In this document: positions 23,322 through 34,885 of the stretch, one piece after another
Position numbering within the stretch: the stretch's first letter is position 1
Layout: every line of letters starts with the position of its first letter
Source of the DNA: Diplonema japonicum
Taxonomy: Eukaryota > Protista > Euglenozoa: Diplonemea
DNA length: 64,000 nucleotides
Direction of reading: 5' to 3'
Assembly (NCBI GenBank): GCA_964019335.1
Contig: OZ025657.1
Location: 434,001-498,000, forward strand
Position numbers and translations under genes: made by a program
Notes under the pieces: generated by a model
The model's input: only the letters and a program-made list of their open reading frames with translations
Database searches by the model: none
What the model was told of the DNA's origin: nothing

Positions 23322-23634
23322 TCACGAGGTGTACCCTCCGGAGAAATTTCCAGCACCCTTGTTGTAGCCACCGGTGCCGCCCTTTCCAAACTCCTGTTCT
23401 TGAATGTTCCCGAACAAGGGGTTTTTGTACTGCACTGTGTACCCGTTGCCCTGTGCGGGTGTCACAGAAGCCTGTTGTGTCATTTTCTTCCCCTCCCGTC
23501 TTCCGTTATTTCCTCCATACCTGGTGCAAAGTCACAGTGGCGGGAGTCATTGTGGCAGGGACGATGGTGCCTTGCACTCCTGTGACGTGGGGGCAGCCTC
23601 CCCACATGTGGTGCAGCGTCAACTTCTGCGGCAT
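23322..23634 (-). CDS. 87-aa microprotein of unknown function, copy 1 (exons 23521-23634, 23322-23471; intron 23472-23520)
   Basis: Poly(A)-ATG start and a GTATGG...ACAACAG intron. Spliced product: MPQKLTLHHMWGGCPHVTGVQGTIVPATMTPATVTLHQ|ASVTPAQGNGYTVQYKNPLFGNIQEQEFGKGGTGGYNKGAGNFSGGYTS*. Differences among the three copies are almost all synonymous. Confidence 0.85.
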
Positions 23635-23783
23635 TTTTTTTTTTGTGTAAAAAGGGGACCCTGAAAAGCGTTATTCCGTGGCAGAATGTGATGCTAGGCG
23701 GTACAGTGGAAGAAAAAGTAAATGTGTGTCGCCAGTTCTCTGGTGTTGAAAAAAAAAAAAAAAAAGATTTGTTAGTTCGCGAA

Positions 23784-24090
23784 TCACGAGGTGTACCCTC
23801 CAGAGAAATTTCCAGCACCCTTGTTGTAGCCACCGGTGCCGCCCTTTCCGAACTCCTGTTCTTGAATGTTCCCGAACAGAGGGTTTTTGTACTGCACTGT
23901 GTACCCGTTGCCCTGTGCGGGTGTCACAGACGCCTGTTGTTTTAGTTTTTAAGCTCACATAGAATAAGCCCCATACTTGGTGCAAAGTCACAGTGGCGGG
24001 AGTCATTGTGGCAGGGACGATGGTGCCTTGCACTCCGGTGACGTGGGGGCAGCCTCCCCACATGTGGTGCAGCGTCAACTTCTGCGGCAT
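23784..24090 (-). CDS. 87-aa microprotein, copy 2 (exons 23977-24090, 23784-23933; intron 23934-23976)
   Basis: Same protein as copy 1. The 43-nt intron has an unrelated interior but keeps the GTATGG and ACAACAG ends. Confidence 0.85.
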
Positions 24091-24230
24091 TTTTTAGTTT
24101 TTGTGTAGTGTACTAGTGTAAGTGTTCTGTGTGAAATAGAGGGGGGTAGGATGCATAAATTGGGGGGGTAAGGTAGAAACAGGGATTTTATTGTTATAGA
24201 AAGTGTGTATTGGATGTGGAAGAAAGTCAA

Positions 24231-24538
24231 CTAAGAGGTGTACCCTCCAGAGAAATTTCCAGCACCCTTGTTGTAACCACTGGTGCCGCCCTTTCCGAAC
24301 TCCTGTTCTTGAATGTTCCCGAACAAAGGGTTTTTGTACTGCACTGTGTACCCGTTGCCCTGTGCGGGTGTCACAGACGCCTGTTGTGTCTTTTCTTCCC
24401 CGTCTTCTGGTATTTCTTCCATACCTGGTGCAAAGTTACAGTGGCGGGAGTCATTGTGGCAGGGACGATGGTGCCTTGCACTCCGGTGACGTGGGGGCAG
24501 CCTCCCCACATGTGGTGCAGCGTCAACTTCTGCGGCAT
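24231..24538 (-). CDS. 87-aa microprotein, copy 3 (exons 24425-24538, 24231-24380; intron 24381-24424)
   Basis: Same protein except GGTG>GGTS. The stop is TAG rather than TGA, at the same position. Confidence 0.85.
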
Positions 24539-24662
24539 TTTTTTTTTTTTTTGTGTAAATCTCCTTTGTTTGTTCTTGAAAAAAACAGAAGCCGGGGAAG
24601 AAAAAATAAATTTAAAAAAAAAGCTGTTATGAACATTTCTCTTTTCTCCTCCTCCCGCTCTT

Positions 24663-26048
24663 TCAAGCAGCCTGCTGCTGTTCCTCAGGAGGTGTGGGGA
24701 CGTGCTTCAACACCGCAGTATCAAGTTCGGTCAAGATGCTCTTGGAAATAGATGGGTTGCCGACTATGAGTCTTCGAAGGGCGATACCAGGCATTGAGGG
24801 GAGAGGGGGGAGAGCTACCTCACTGTCTTCAGATAGAGCGCTCTTCTTTCGCGGGGACTCTGCAGACACAGCCCGTGATACAGGCCGTTCAGGCACGCAT
24901 TGCTCAAGCATCGCAACAGTCTCCCGAACACCTTGCTCAGTGACGTCTCTGTTGTTGGACACGTTCAGGGACCACAAGACAGTGTTGCCAGGGACACGTA
25001 CGGTCTCGGGGGATATTTTAACGCAGGTTTTGTCCCATGCGGATGTCGGGACAGCTGATTGCAACGCGTCCTTCCCCTTCCCTTTGGGAGGGGGTTTTTT
25101 TACCTCTTTGTGGTCTAATTGTGCAGCGGCGCTCATCTCAGCATGGCTCCAAAACCCTGGAGGGTCCGCTGGCATGTGCGGGAAAAATTTTGCCACCTTC
25201 GACCTGACGTCTTGAACGTTGCTGGCCTCTATGTCGAGTTGCCGGAAAGCTCCGACCAAAGCAAGCAACCCGTCATCTGTGATCCTGTTGTTCCCTATGT
25301 TCAGAGAGGTCAATCTGTGGTTGGTCCGCAACGCCGCTGCAAGGTGCTCAACACCTTCATCGCGAATCATGTTGCCCCAGAGGTTGAGGGAGAGGAGCTC
25401 TGTTGAGGTTTCAAGAAGTGAAGCTATACCCTTCACCTGCTTGTCGGTTATCATGTTGCCTCTCAACGAGATCTCCTGCACACGGGTGAGCAGCATTGCA
25501 TGCCAACCTTCTGGAACCTTCACGAGCGCTTCTTTCCGTTCGTCTTCATCTTTCTTCGCATTGTTTTTCCCAGCGGGCGGTGGGGGGTTTTGCGGTTCTT
25601 GAGTAGCTTGCATAGACAGAAACACCGGTTTTTCTTTTTTCCCGCTCACGGTGGGATCCTTCCCCAATGGTGTTCCGTTGAAATCGACTGCGACGGTGAT
25701 CAAACTGCTGCTTTTGTGAACTGCTTCCACTAGAATTTTCCAGCTCTCCACGCTGAGCGAGCAGCCGTAGAACCTTGCCTGGTACAAATTCCCGCAGTGG
25801 GGGATCGCGTTGGCCAAGGACGACATGTCCCTTTTGTACAAAGGGTACTCCAGCGATCTTAAGAACAGTTTCGTGTGCACTGTGTGTGGAGTCTGCGCGT
25901 TCCTCGGGCTGTCCACCGAGTCGCACAGCGCGATAGCATCAAGAACATCATCCCTCTCGTCCCGCTCCTCTGTTTCACAGTACGCACAATAATCTTTAAA
26001 CAGTTCTCCTGTAGGCTCGAAGACGGCTTGGGCCGGGTCCCTCGTCAT
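24663..26048 (-). CDS. RNI-type leucine-rich repeat protein, LRRC71-like (461 aa)
   Basis: LRRs ISLRGNMITDKQVKGI, LSLNLWGNMIRDEGVEHLA, LTSLNIGNNRITDDG and LWSLNVSNN. The N-terminal PTGELFKDY and the KKPPPKGKGK insert resemble ciliary LRRC71 (tentative). Confidence 0.8.
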   Translation of the reverse strand: MTRDPAQAVFEPTGELFKDYCAYCETEERDERDDVLDAIALCDSVDSPRNAQTPHTVHTKLFLRSLEYPLYKRDMSSLANAIPHCGNLYQARFYGCSLSVESWKILVEAVHKSSSLITVAVDFNGTPLGKDPTVSGKKEKPVFLSMQATQEPQNPPPPAGKNNAKKDEDERKEALVKVPEGWHAMLLTRVQEISLRGNMITDKQVKGIASLLETSTELLSLNLWGNMIRDEGVEHLAAALRTNHRLTSLNIGNNRITDDGLLALVGAFRQLDIEASNVQDVRSKVAKFFPHMPADPPGFWSHAEMSAAAQLDHKEVKKPPPKGKGKDALQSAVPTSAWDKTCVKISPETVRVPGNTVLWSLNVSNNRDVTEQGVRETVAMLEQCVPERPVSRAVSAESPRKKSALSEDSEVALPPLPSMPGIALRRLIVGNPSISKSILTELDTAVLKHVPTPPEEQQQAA

Positions 26049-26489
26049 TTTTTTTTTTTTTTTTTTTTATACTGGGTATTCAGTGAGACAGAATAGGTAT
26101 ATAAAAAAGTTTTTTTTCTTTTTTTTTTTTTTTTTGGTGCGGAGTACGATGAGAAAAAAAAAAAGGGAAAAAAAAAAAAAATCCGGACATTTTTAAGGTT
26201 CGCTCACCATCTCAGATCCTCCAGTTGCAAAAGAGAAGAAAGATACACACTTGTAAATTGTATCTGCAAAAAAAAAAAGAAAAAAAAGAAGAAGAAAAAA
26301 ATCGCCATTCTTCTTCTTATTTGTCGGCTCTTTTTGTTTTTTTATTATATTGAAGTAGTGAATGGGAAAAAAAAAAGAAAAAAAAAAAAAGAGAGAAACG
26401 TTATTCTCATGAATGGTGTTTAAGAAATAAAAAAAAAAAAAAAAAAAAAGAAATAAAAAAAAACCCACACACTTCCCCCTCCCTTTATT

Positions 26490-26544
26490 TTACTGGAAAT
26501 TAACACCTTTGTGCCCACCTTTACCGTGGTGGTGATGGTGGTGG

Positions 26545-26576
<32 letters not shown>

Positions 26577-28228
26577 GTGATGTTGTCTCCCTTGCTTTCG
26601 ATGCCCAGCTCTTTCGATTCTGTGAGCCAGTTCGATGTCATAGTTCAAAGTAGGAAGTATGCTTGGGAAGGGGGTGTTTGTTGCTGCGTGGATAATAGCA
26701 TCGAAGGTAGCAGTCCAGCCATCAGCCCACCCAAGACAAGAAGCCCCTGCCTCTGTGATCTCACCCGTCCGGATAGCAGCGCCGCTCCCCTCACGCTTCA
26801 CAAAGTAGTCAACTCGCAGGAAGGAGGGCATTTTCGAATCGACACCTCGGACCCACGTCAGCCATTTCTTCGTCTGTAAAAAATTGTTGAAAAGAATCGT
26901 TAGCATACCAAAAGGACCATCTCGGCCTCTGCGTGGCACATGGCCACCTCGTTCCCTCCAAACCACATGTTGATGGCTGCCTCTCTTGTTACGCTCTTGA
27001 AGTTCGTAAACGACCCTTCATGTGTGTTCTCGCAAAATTTCGTGTACAGCATCTTGACAGGGTTCCCGTCAACACAGTACACCCGCACCTCGAGGTCTGA
27101 CGGCACGAACTCTTGCACGATGACGTGGTCCGCCTCACACCCAGGTCCGTTCAGGAGGGTCTCTAGCTTCTTTGAGAGGTCCCATTTCCCGTTGAAGGAC
27201 AGCACGTCCGACGCCTCCCACGAGTACCCCAGCTTCGCCACACCCTTTGATATCATCCCTTCGGAGAGCGTCAGAGCGGACAGTGCTGACAGACATGTCT
27301 CTGCAGCTGCTTCTGAGTCGCGTTCGATATGTGCCCGCACCACCTTTGTGGTGGCAGGGGTGCGCAGCTCTGGGTGGGTGCACACGTACGAACACCAGTC
27401 CTTGCTGACCAACAGTTTGTACAAACTACAAGAGTGCGGGAACGACGTCACAATGCCGCCCATCTCCATGTCCCTCATGCACGCGAACATTGCATCCTTC
27501 TCGATGTAGCCCGGCGTCCGTTGGGTTCCGTCTGTGAAGGCCACCGGCCACAGGAAGTAGCACCCCGCCTTGACCTCACCATGCATTTGAGGCAGCACGC
27601 TGGTCGATGTTAGTTTGCTCAGATCGTTAGCGGACTGCACGTAACAGGACAGTACCTCATACGAGGTGCCCAGCCGCTGGTAGGACCGTTCGAAGACGGC
27701 ACGGATGTAACCGTCGGAGATAGACGTCCCGATGGACCCCCAGCCGCCTTCTTCGCCCGCCAGCTCATTGTAGTCGGGCGTCTTGTAGTGCCCACCCCAC
27801 CGCACGACAAGGAAAGACACCTTCGGTTTCTCAGGACGGTCACGCGTGATGTCGGCAGGGTGCACACGCACCTCTGTGTTCTTAGGTGACGTGACGTCCA
27901 AAAGGTGTCCGTGTCTGTTGTACCACAGGGGGTGCAGCAGCCGCACACGCACACCTGTCCCTATCGGGTGGTACATATCGAAGTTCTCAGGCTTAAAGTC
28001 TTCCACCACTACTGCAGGCTGCCAGCATTCTGTCTTTCCGATCCTCGGCATTGCCTGCCCGCACCGCCCGTTCTCCACAGGGAAGTACGCCTCCGCACCG
28101 TCACCACTCCCGTCATACTCATTCCTGTAAAAGATATTTACCTCCTCTCCCACGCTGAACGCTTTGTAATTAGCCGGTTGGAAATGCGCAGGCCAGTTGG
28201 CTGGCTGTTGGGTCCGTCCTCCTTTCAT
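26490..28228 (-). CDS. ATP-grasp fold ligase-like protein (about 567 aa) with C-terminal poly-His, 2 exons (intron 26874-26908)
   Basis: ATP-grasp motifs KGVAKLGYSW, IVQEFVP...EVRVY, FLRVDYFV and GEITE. A 35-nt GTATGCTAAC...TTACAG intron joins MVLL|TKKWL in frame. About 19 His codons at 26526-26582. Confidence 0.75.
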
Positions 28229-28372
28229 CGTTTAATTTTTTTTTTTCTTCCAACCCTCTTCCTTCTTTTTGTTTTCTTCTATTCTACCCGCTGTCAAACA
28301 AAAAAATAAATAAATAAATAAAACCCCACACCTTTCTCCTTTTGCTGGAAAGCAAGTCATGTGTCCCATCAG

Positions 28373-29275
28373 TCAGATGTCAAATTCGGAATAAAGCGGA
28401 GCTTGGTACTTCTGTCGGGTGTTTTCATTGTCGATACGCTTCGCGAGGGAGATGTACTGGGATTCAATCTGCTCTAAGGTGGGTTCGTTGACTTTCGGAA
28501 CGAAACACGTGGCTTTGAAGGCAGTAAGGTGGCCCTTGCGGTCCTCCGACCACGCCTTGAACACAGCACGCCGGCCTACTTGTTCGTCGTGGTCTAGTGC
28601 TTGCAACGCTTTGAGGGAATCGCTCTCTCTTTGGACTTTCAGGCTCCAGAGAGATATTTTGCGAGCGTGGATCTCTGTCTTTGCAAAGCACGCATCAAGG
28701 CGGGTCTGTATGAGCTGTTCCTCTATGTCCAGGTCAGCACTGCTGACATTGTCACAGGAATGGGGTGTTTCTTCCTGTTCTTGTTCGCAGGTGGTGTCGT
28801 GCAACCCTTCGGAGAGGTAGAACTCCTCCAGGATCTTTGTAGCTGCGTCTTGTTTTTTTCTTAAAACGTCGTTTTCCCGTTGTTGCAGTGCTGCGTTCGC
28901 TTCCTCTTCCCGGGCCTTTCTTGTCGCTTCACAGCTGTCGTGGTTCGCAGCTATTTTTCGAAGTTTTTTTTTCATTTCGTGGATTGCCCGCTCGTCGGCT
29001 TCTATGTCTTCTTTGTTTATAACACGGGTGTGTTCCTCTTGGTGCAGTGTATTGTTTTGGTGGGAATCCATCATCAGCGTGTCCCACTGGTGTCTGCGGG
29101 CACTTTGCTCTTCGTCGAGTTCCTTTGCTGACAACACGGTGTCTGTGATGCCTTGTGCTTTTGATGTATTTCTCAAGCGAGATTTTTGCTTTCTGTAGGT
29201 GCACAGGAGGATGTTAAGCTCCGTCATCTCAATTTGCACCCCAAGGTCGTTCATTGGCAGCATTTCAAGGTCCAT
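28373..29275 (-). CDS. Hypothetical coiled-coil protein (about 300 aa)
   Basis: Open frame from MDLEMLPM after an A-rich context. E/K/Q-rich heptad-like sequence. Confidence 0.7.
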   Translation of the reverse strand: MDLEMLPMNDLGVQIEMTELNILLCTYRKQKSRLRNTSKAQGITDTVLSAKELDEEQSARRHQWDTLMMDSHQNNTLHQEEHTRVINKEDIEADERAIHEMKKKLRKIAANHDSCEATRKAREEEANAALQQRENDVLRKKQDAATKILEEFYLSEGLHDTTCEQEQEETPHSCDNVSSADLDIEEQLIQTRLDACFAKTEIHARKISLWSLKVQRESDSLKALQALDHDEQVGRRAVFKAWSEDRKGHLTAFKATCFVPKVNEPTLEQIESQYISLAKRIDNENTRQKYQAPLYSEFDI

Positions 29276-29366
29276 TTTTCTTCTGGAGAAAATCAATTGA
29301 AAGAAGGGGGGAAAAAAAGAAAATATAATCATGATCTTGATTCGCCAAGCACACTTTTTTTTTGTA

Positions 29367-29395
<29 letters not shown>

Positions 29396-29397
<2 letters not shown>

Positions 29398-29843
29398 ATG
29401 CTTTTCGTTGTTTCTTTTTCGCGGGTTCATCCTTGCTAATCATGGAGGTCACTAGGTTGTCGGCTGCCGCTGCTGCGTCATCATCATCTTCTTCAATTTC
29501 TTCAATCTCCTCTATTTCCTCGATTTCTTCAATTTCTTCCATTTCCTCCTCTTCACCCTCGTCGGTATTTTGTTGTTTTGTGTTGTTCGCAGATAGGTTC
29601 GTTTTGATCAGCCTCGCGGCAGCTTCTTTGTTGACTTTTGTCCGTTTTTTCTCTTCGCCTATTTTCTTGGCGTCGGGGAGGGCGCTTTGTATCTTTTCAA
29701 AATACTGCTTTACCCTGCTCAGTAGCAGCTGCACCGGGTGTGTGTCTTCCACCGTTACACCCTTCGCCTTTAGCTGCATATATTGAATGCTTACTGCCGA
29801 ATATGCTGCTGCCAAAGTCAGTTTCATCTGTGGAAATATTATT

Positions 29844-29878
<35 letters not shown>

Positions 29879-30040
29879 GGGCCATACCCTGGTAAAGCAC
29901 TCATATTTTTTCAACTCTTTCCGACTCAGCCCGCACAAGGGTTTCAAACTTTCCCCCAATGTACCCACAATTTCTTCAAAACCCTTCAACTTCTCCGCCA
30001 GATCATCGTCCATGCCTTGGAACTTATTTTTTTCACTCAT
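29396..30040 (-). CDS. C1D: C1D/Rrp47 (Sas10/Utp3/C1D family) nuclear exosome cofactor, 194 aa, 2 exons (intron 29828-29887)
   Basis: Spliced ...YECFTR|MKLTLAAAYSAVSIQYMQLKAKGV...HPVQLLLSRVKQYFEKI...KVNKEAAARLIK matches the C1D pattern. Acidic tail and C-terminal NLS-like PAKKKQRK. Confidence 0.78.
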
Positions 30041-30620
30041 TTTTTTTTCCTCGCCCCTCTTTTTTTTTTTTTTTTTTTTTATTTTTGTGCTAGCATTGGC
30101 GGAGGAAAGGACAGGGTTTGTTATTTAGGGGGGATGCAGGGGGGGAAGAAAAAAAAGAAGAAGAAGCTCGGTCTTCATAAGACGAAAGACTAAAAGGCGA
30201 GCAAAATCCCGCTTGAGGACCATCCCTTTAAAAAGACTGGTTCCATTTCTGACGATCATTTTATGAATTTCGAGAAAAAAAAAGGAGTGTTAAAAGAAAA
30301 AAAAATAAAGGGAAAGGAGACAGGGGCAGGGAAGGCAAAATTTTCGGGGAGGAGGGGGGTGCAACATTACTTCATCGCGAAGTTGTGAGCCTTTGCGTAA
30401 AAAAAAATATTATCCCCCCCCCCGAAGAGTGCGTGGAGTAGCCAAAAAAGAGTGTAAAATGGGTTTAAAAAAATGGGACAGATTTATCTTTTTTTTTTTT
30501 TTTCTCTTTTCGTTTTTTTTTTTTATTTACAATATAAAAATCTTTTTTTTGAAAAATGTAAAAAAAACCTCCCCTAGGAAACACTCAAAAAAAAAAAAAG
30601 TACCAGTGTAACCTGATTGT

Positions 30621-30911
30621 CTAAGCAGAGAAGAGAGCTCTGAAGTGGTCCATGTGTTCGCTTGTCAGTTTGTCCATAGTGAGGTCCTCTGCCTTCATGA
30701 TAACCTCAACGAACTCCACAAATTCATCAAACTCAATTTTGTCGTCCCTGTTCTTGTCTGCCATGTCCATCAGCTGCCGCGCCTTGTCAGGCGCGGACCT
30801 CCCGATGTTTTCCTCCAGCTCCTTCCACACAATTCCACCATCTTTGTTTGCATCCAAGCTGTCGAATATTTCCTTGAACACTTCTTTGCACTTATCTGCA
30901 CCGAGAGCCAT
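30621..30911 (-). CDS. Small two-EF-hand Ca2+-binding protein (96 aa)
   Basis: EF loops DANKDGGIVWKE and DKNRDDKIEFDE. Confidence 0.85.
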   Translation of the reverse strand: MALGADKCKEVFKEIFDSLDANKDGGIVWKELEENIGRSAPDKARQLMDMADKNRDDKIEFDEFVEFVEVIMKAEDLTMDKLTSEHMDHFRALFSA

Positions 30912-31079
30912 AGTTTTTTTTTTTTTTTTTTTTTTTTTTTCCCTCCTTTTTTTTTTCTCCCCCTCCCCACAGAACAAATGTGTACATCAAAAAAAAAAGG
31001 GGGTGGGGTTAAAAAAAAAAAAAAAGACACTGCCTTTTACAAGGGAGAGGATACTTATGGTTTTTTTAAAAAAAAAATC

Positions 31080-31615
31080 TTATTTCTTCTTCGCGCCCTC
31101 CGCTTTTTTCAATTCCTCGTCCTTCTGTGCCCTCAACGCGTCCACGGCAGGCTCGGCGAACTCCTCGTATAGAGAGTTTGTGAAGTTGTCCTTTTCTTGC
31201 TTCTGGGACTTCTTCGGCGGGTAGGCATCGTCGAAAGGTTGCTTAAAACGATCGAGTTCAGAATCACCAGACGTTTTAAATCCATCAGGCGGCGACTGCA
31301 ACCCGATAGGCGGTCCAATAGCGGAAAACGAGTCCCTCCCAGGCCATGTGAGCAACGGCCCTATAGCACAATCCATGTTCATATACTTCTCCAGGAAAGG
31401 CGTACCGAAGATTACGTTGGCGAGGAGGCTTCGAAACTTTGTCATGTCCTTCTCGTCCTTTGTCGAGCACCATATCAAATGTGCACCATGCAAGTGTGTG
31501 ATGTACCTCATCGTCTTTGCCATGACCTTCATATGAGCATCGTCAGAATAGCTGTCGTACTTGTTACACACAACAACAGTTGGGATGCCGTTATACCGAA
31601 GCGCTGCGATGTCCT

Positions 31616-31653
<38 letters not shown>

Positions 31654-32238
31654 TACCTGGTGTTCTTCGCCGATTTTCCGTTTCTGCCGTTGCATGAGCC
31701 TGTCGGGGTTGGAGTTGTTTTTCGCCCGCATTTTCCCGTAGCAGTCTTGGATCCGCTTGTTGCTCTTTTGTAGACAACTGAATAGGGTCTCCCACATAGA
31801 ACAGGGGTTTGATAAATCGAGCACGATTACAACGACTAGTGTGTGTATGTTCTCTGGGCTGATGGCAACGTCCATGAGCATGTGGAGTTCACTGCCGCCA
31901 CCGACTTCCCAGAAATGAGCTGTTTGGGTTTTTTTGCCCTCCTCGCGCTTGCCGTGGCAGTACTCGAGTGCTGTTGTGGGTTTTGGTTGGGATGGGTCGT
32001 CTCGTTTCACGAATTTTTGTATCAGGGTTGACTTCCCGCCCTTCTTGCTCCCCACCACCAGGACGTTGATGTCCTGCCCCTCCTGTCCCCCTCCGGGCTT
32101 CGTTGCCGCGATGTTCTCCCACAGCGTCTTGTTCCTGTCCAGCTTCAATTTGTCCTTTTCCTTTGTTTTTTCATCCTCCACTTGGCTCTCTCTTCGCGAT
32201 TCTGGTTGAGACGGTGCCCCTTCTTCTTTGTCAACCAT
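31080..32238 (-). CDS. DYNC2LI1: Cytoplasmic dynein-2 light intermediate chain (D1bLIC), 371 aa, 2 exons (intron 31614-31656)
   Basis: P-loop GSKKGGKSTLI; PKPTTALEY; AHFWEVGGG; VIVLDLSNP. After splicing, EEHQ|DIAALRYNGIPTVVVCNKYD...MRYITHLHGA...GRDSFSAIG...FAEPAVDALRAQKDEEL. Confidence 0.9.
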
Positions 32239-32791
32239 TTCTTATTTGTCCGTGTCTGTAGGTAAATGTGTGCGTGAATTGAACGAAAATGTGTGTGAGG
32301 GCGCGGAACAAATAAAACAAAAAGGACATTCTGAACAAGTCTCGGGGAACAGGTTTTTGGTTTCTTCTTCGCGTTCCCCTCTCTTGGTGCACCTGCTTAA
32401 GGAGGAAGAATAACTTATTGTCTCTCTTTTGTTTTTTTTTTGTTTCCCCCGTCTCTCTTTTATTCTCTTTTTTTCTCTTTCTCTCTTTTTTAATTTTATT
32501 CTTTCCTTTGTTTTTTTTTTTGCTGTTCACACACGCGTCCCTTCTTTTCCCGGGGGGGGGGGGGGGGGGAGGTGGTCCCCTCCCCTTCTTTTTTCATTTA
32601 AAGAAAAGTTTCAGACAAAAGCAGCGCAAAAAAAAAAAAAAAAAAAAAACCATCCGAAGGTTGTCCGCCGTAATAAAAACCAGAAACCAAAAAAATGTCT
32701 CCAGGGTACGAACATGGAAAAAAAAAAAAAAAAAATGAAAAAAAAAGTAACATTTGAGAGAAGCATTTTTTGTTTCATCCCCCCCCCTCCC

Positions 32792-33708
32792 CTATGAGCA
32801 TTCAAGATCATCATCGCCAAACGCCCAACATTCAGCGCACTTAATAACGTAAGATGATGACCCACACAAAGGCGCATTGTCAAAGGACTCCGACTTCCCT
32901 GTGTATCCGTACTCAATGGTTTTGCCTTGCATGGAGAAGGCAAGGGAAGACCCACCACCAAAAGCTATTTCGTCAACATCGCACTTTACAAAAAATCGAT
33001 TCCTCCCCGACCACTGCCAGGAGCACAGTTCGTATTCGTCTGCATTATCCTGCTCTGTGGCCATGTTCTTGAAAGCGAAGACCATTGTCTCCCCGTTCCC
33101 GTAATGATATTTCTGGGGTTGCCAGGACTGTGCAGTGTATCCTCCAAAGGTCTCGCCGTCGATAGTCTGTATTACTACTATATTCGGACCTACGAATTCA
33201 GTTGATCGCAAGAATGAGGACATTAGAAACCCGTGTAGTCTAGTGCTGAACGCTAGGTCCCAATGTTGGGTGCCGTGGCGTGCGGGGAGGGTTTTGCAGA
33301 GTAATCGTCGTTTTTCATCATCCAGGAGTGGTTCCTCTCCCTGTAGCCCGCTGAGCCTTGGTATAAACGAGACTTCTTTCCCTGCCGTTTCTACGTGGTC
33401 CATGGGGTCGATTTCATCACTGCCGTCTTCGTCGCCCAACCCTAATCGCGGGCTTCCCGCTTCTACCCCTTGTTCCCCACCCCCTGTCAAAAAGGGCAGA
33501 AGTGGGGGGTGCTCTTCCAATGTAACAAGAAGATCTTTTGCATCGTTGGTGAGTTGCTGTTTTTTTTTTTTATTATTATTTTTATTTTAAATACCACAGC
33601 ATCCCACACAGCCATTTTTTGGTAATTTAAAGTGAACTCTGCGGCGAAGTTCAGAGTCTGCCGCAACGCGGTTTTAATAGACGACGCATCCAGCAGGGGT
33701 AGGACCTT

Positions 33709-33744
<36 letters not shown>

Positions 33745-34729
33745 ACACCGCAGGTGCAGTTCCATTTGTAAGGTATTTTCTTATAGTGACCTCGTTCCCT
33801 CCGAGCAGCCGGGTGAGGAACGATGTTGCCACGTTTATGATTATTTTCCGTACGTCCGTGTGGGTGGGGTGTGTTGGGGAAGGTGGTGGGGTGACAAACC
33901 GCAGGGGCAGCCACCTACTGCTGCTTCGCCTGCTCTGCGTGTTCGTAACAAGCGCCCACGACGTAGAAGCAAGGTAGTAGTGGACACGGGTCCTGAGAGA
34001 GAGCAGTTTGGACGCCAGGTCCGAAGGGGTTTCCGTGGGAAGAATCTGTAGGTGGAGGACCTCTTGAATAAGCGAATCTTCGGTTGTGCTGATAGACACC
34101 TCTTTTAGTAGCTTCACAGCCGCTCTCGATTTTTTGTAATTTCGTTCCTGTTTGATCCCCCCGTATTTAGCCAACGTCATTGATTTTTCAAGCCAGTGAG
34201 CTGCTGCACTAAACACGCAGTTTGCCTTGTAACACAACCCAACGTTGTACAACACAGACACACAGTCGAGCGTCGGCCAGAACATCTCTCGAAGCTTAAG
34301 CCACTCCTTGAAATCATATATTGCGGATTGATACGAATATTTGTAAAGATGGCATGTGCCCCGTCCCCTTAGAGCTTCCATGCAGACCTTGGTAGGTGTT
34401 TTTATGCCCATGCTGAACAAGGTTTCGGAACACACCAGGGCTTCATCAAAGAGGTTTGCGGCCTTTTGGTAACTCCCTTCCTTCTTGGAGATCAGTCCTA
34501 GGAGCCATCGTACTTCTTCCTCTTGGGTGAATCTGGTGACACCGACACCGACTTTTTTAATCATGGCCTCGGTTTCTTTCGCCTTGATTCTGCACTCTTC
34601 GTACTTCGCGTCTTTATACATTTGTCTCACTTCATCCAACGCAGATTTAATACTGTCCTCGTCAGGCTCATTCATAATTTCTTGATCTTCATTCTTAATA
34701 GTTGTTTTCGTGTCAATGGTTTCCGACAT
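32792..34729 (-). CDS. TPR-repeat plus C-terminal TLDc domain protein, about 618 aa, 3 exons (introns 33706-33748, 33557-33594)
   Basis: TPR-like helices (ALRGRGTCHLYKYSYQSAIYDF; VLYNVGLCYKANCVFSAAAHWLEKS). TLDc motifs WDLAFSTRLHG, FGGY, YGNGETMVF, WSGRNRFF, IAFGGG, FDNAPL. Two phase-0 introns give a continuous 1857-nt frame. Confidence 0.78.
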
Positions 34730-34846
34730 TTTTTTTTTTTTGGTTTTTCGTTCTCCAGGAAGAGAGATGTAAGGGGGGGGGGGGGACAAAAGAGAACGAG
34801 AGATAGGACCCTCTCTCACGCTCTGTGCTGTGGTGTGTATTCTGGT

Positions 34847-34885
<39 letters not shown>

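Noticed and set aside
23322-24550. Three long direct repeats as a CRISPR array or ncRNA cluster
   Set aside because: The conserved blocks are 114 and 150 nt, bounded by ATG, GT/AG and a stop, and vary at third codon positions, so they are coding exons. No cas genes are present.
33856-33899. Possible non-canonical intron GTTTGT...CACACGG in the TPR-TLDc gene
   Set aside because: It looks intron-like, but there is no AG, removing 44 nt would break the frame, and the frame reads through openly. It cannot be supported without RNA data.
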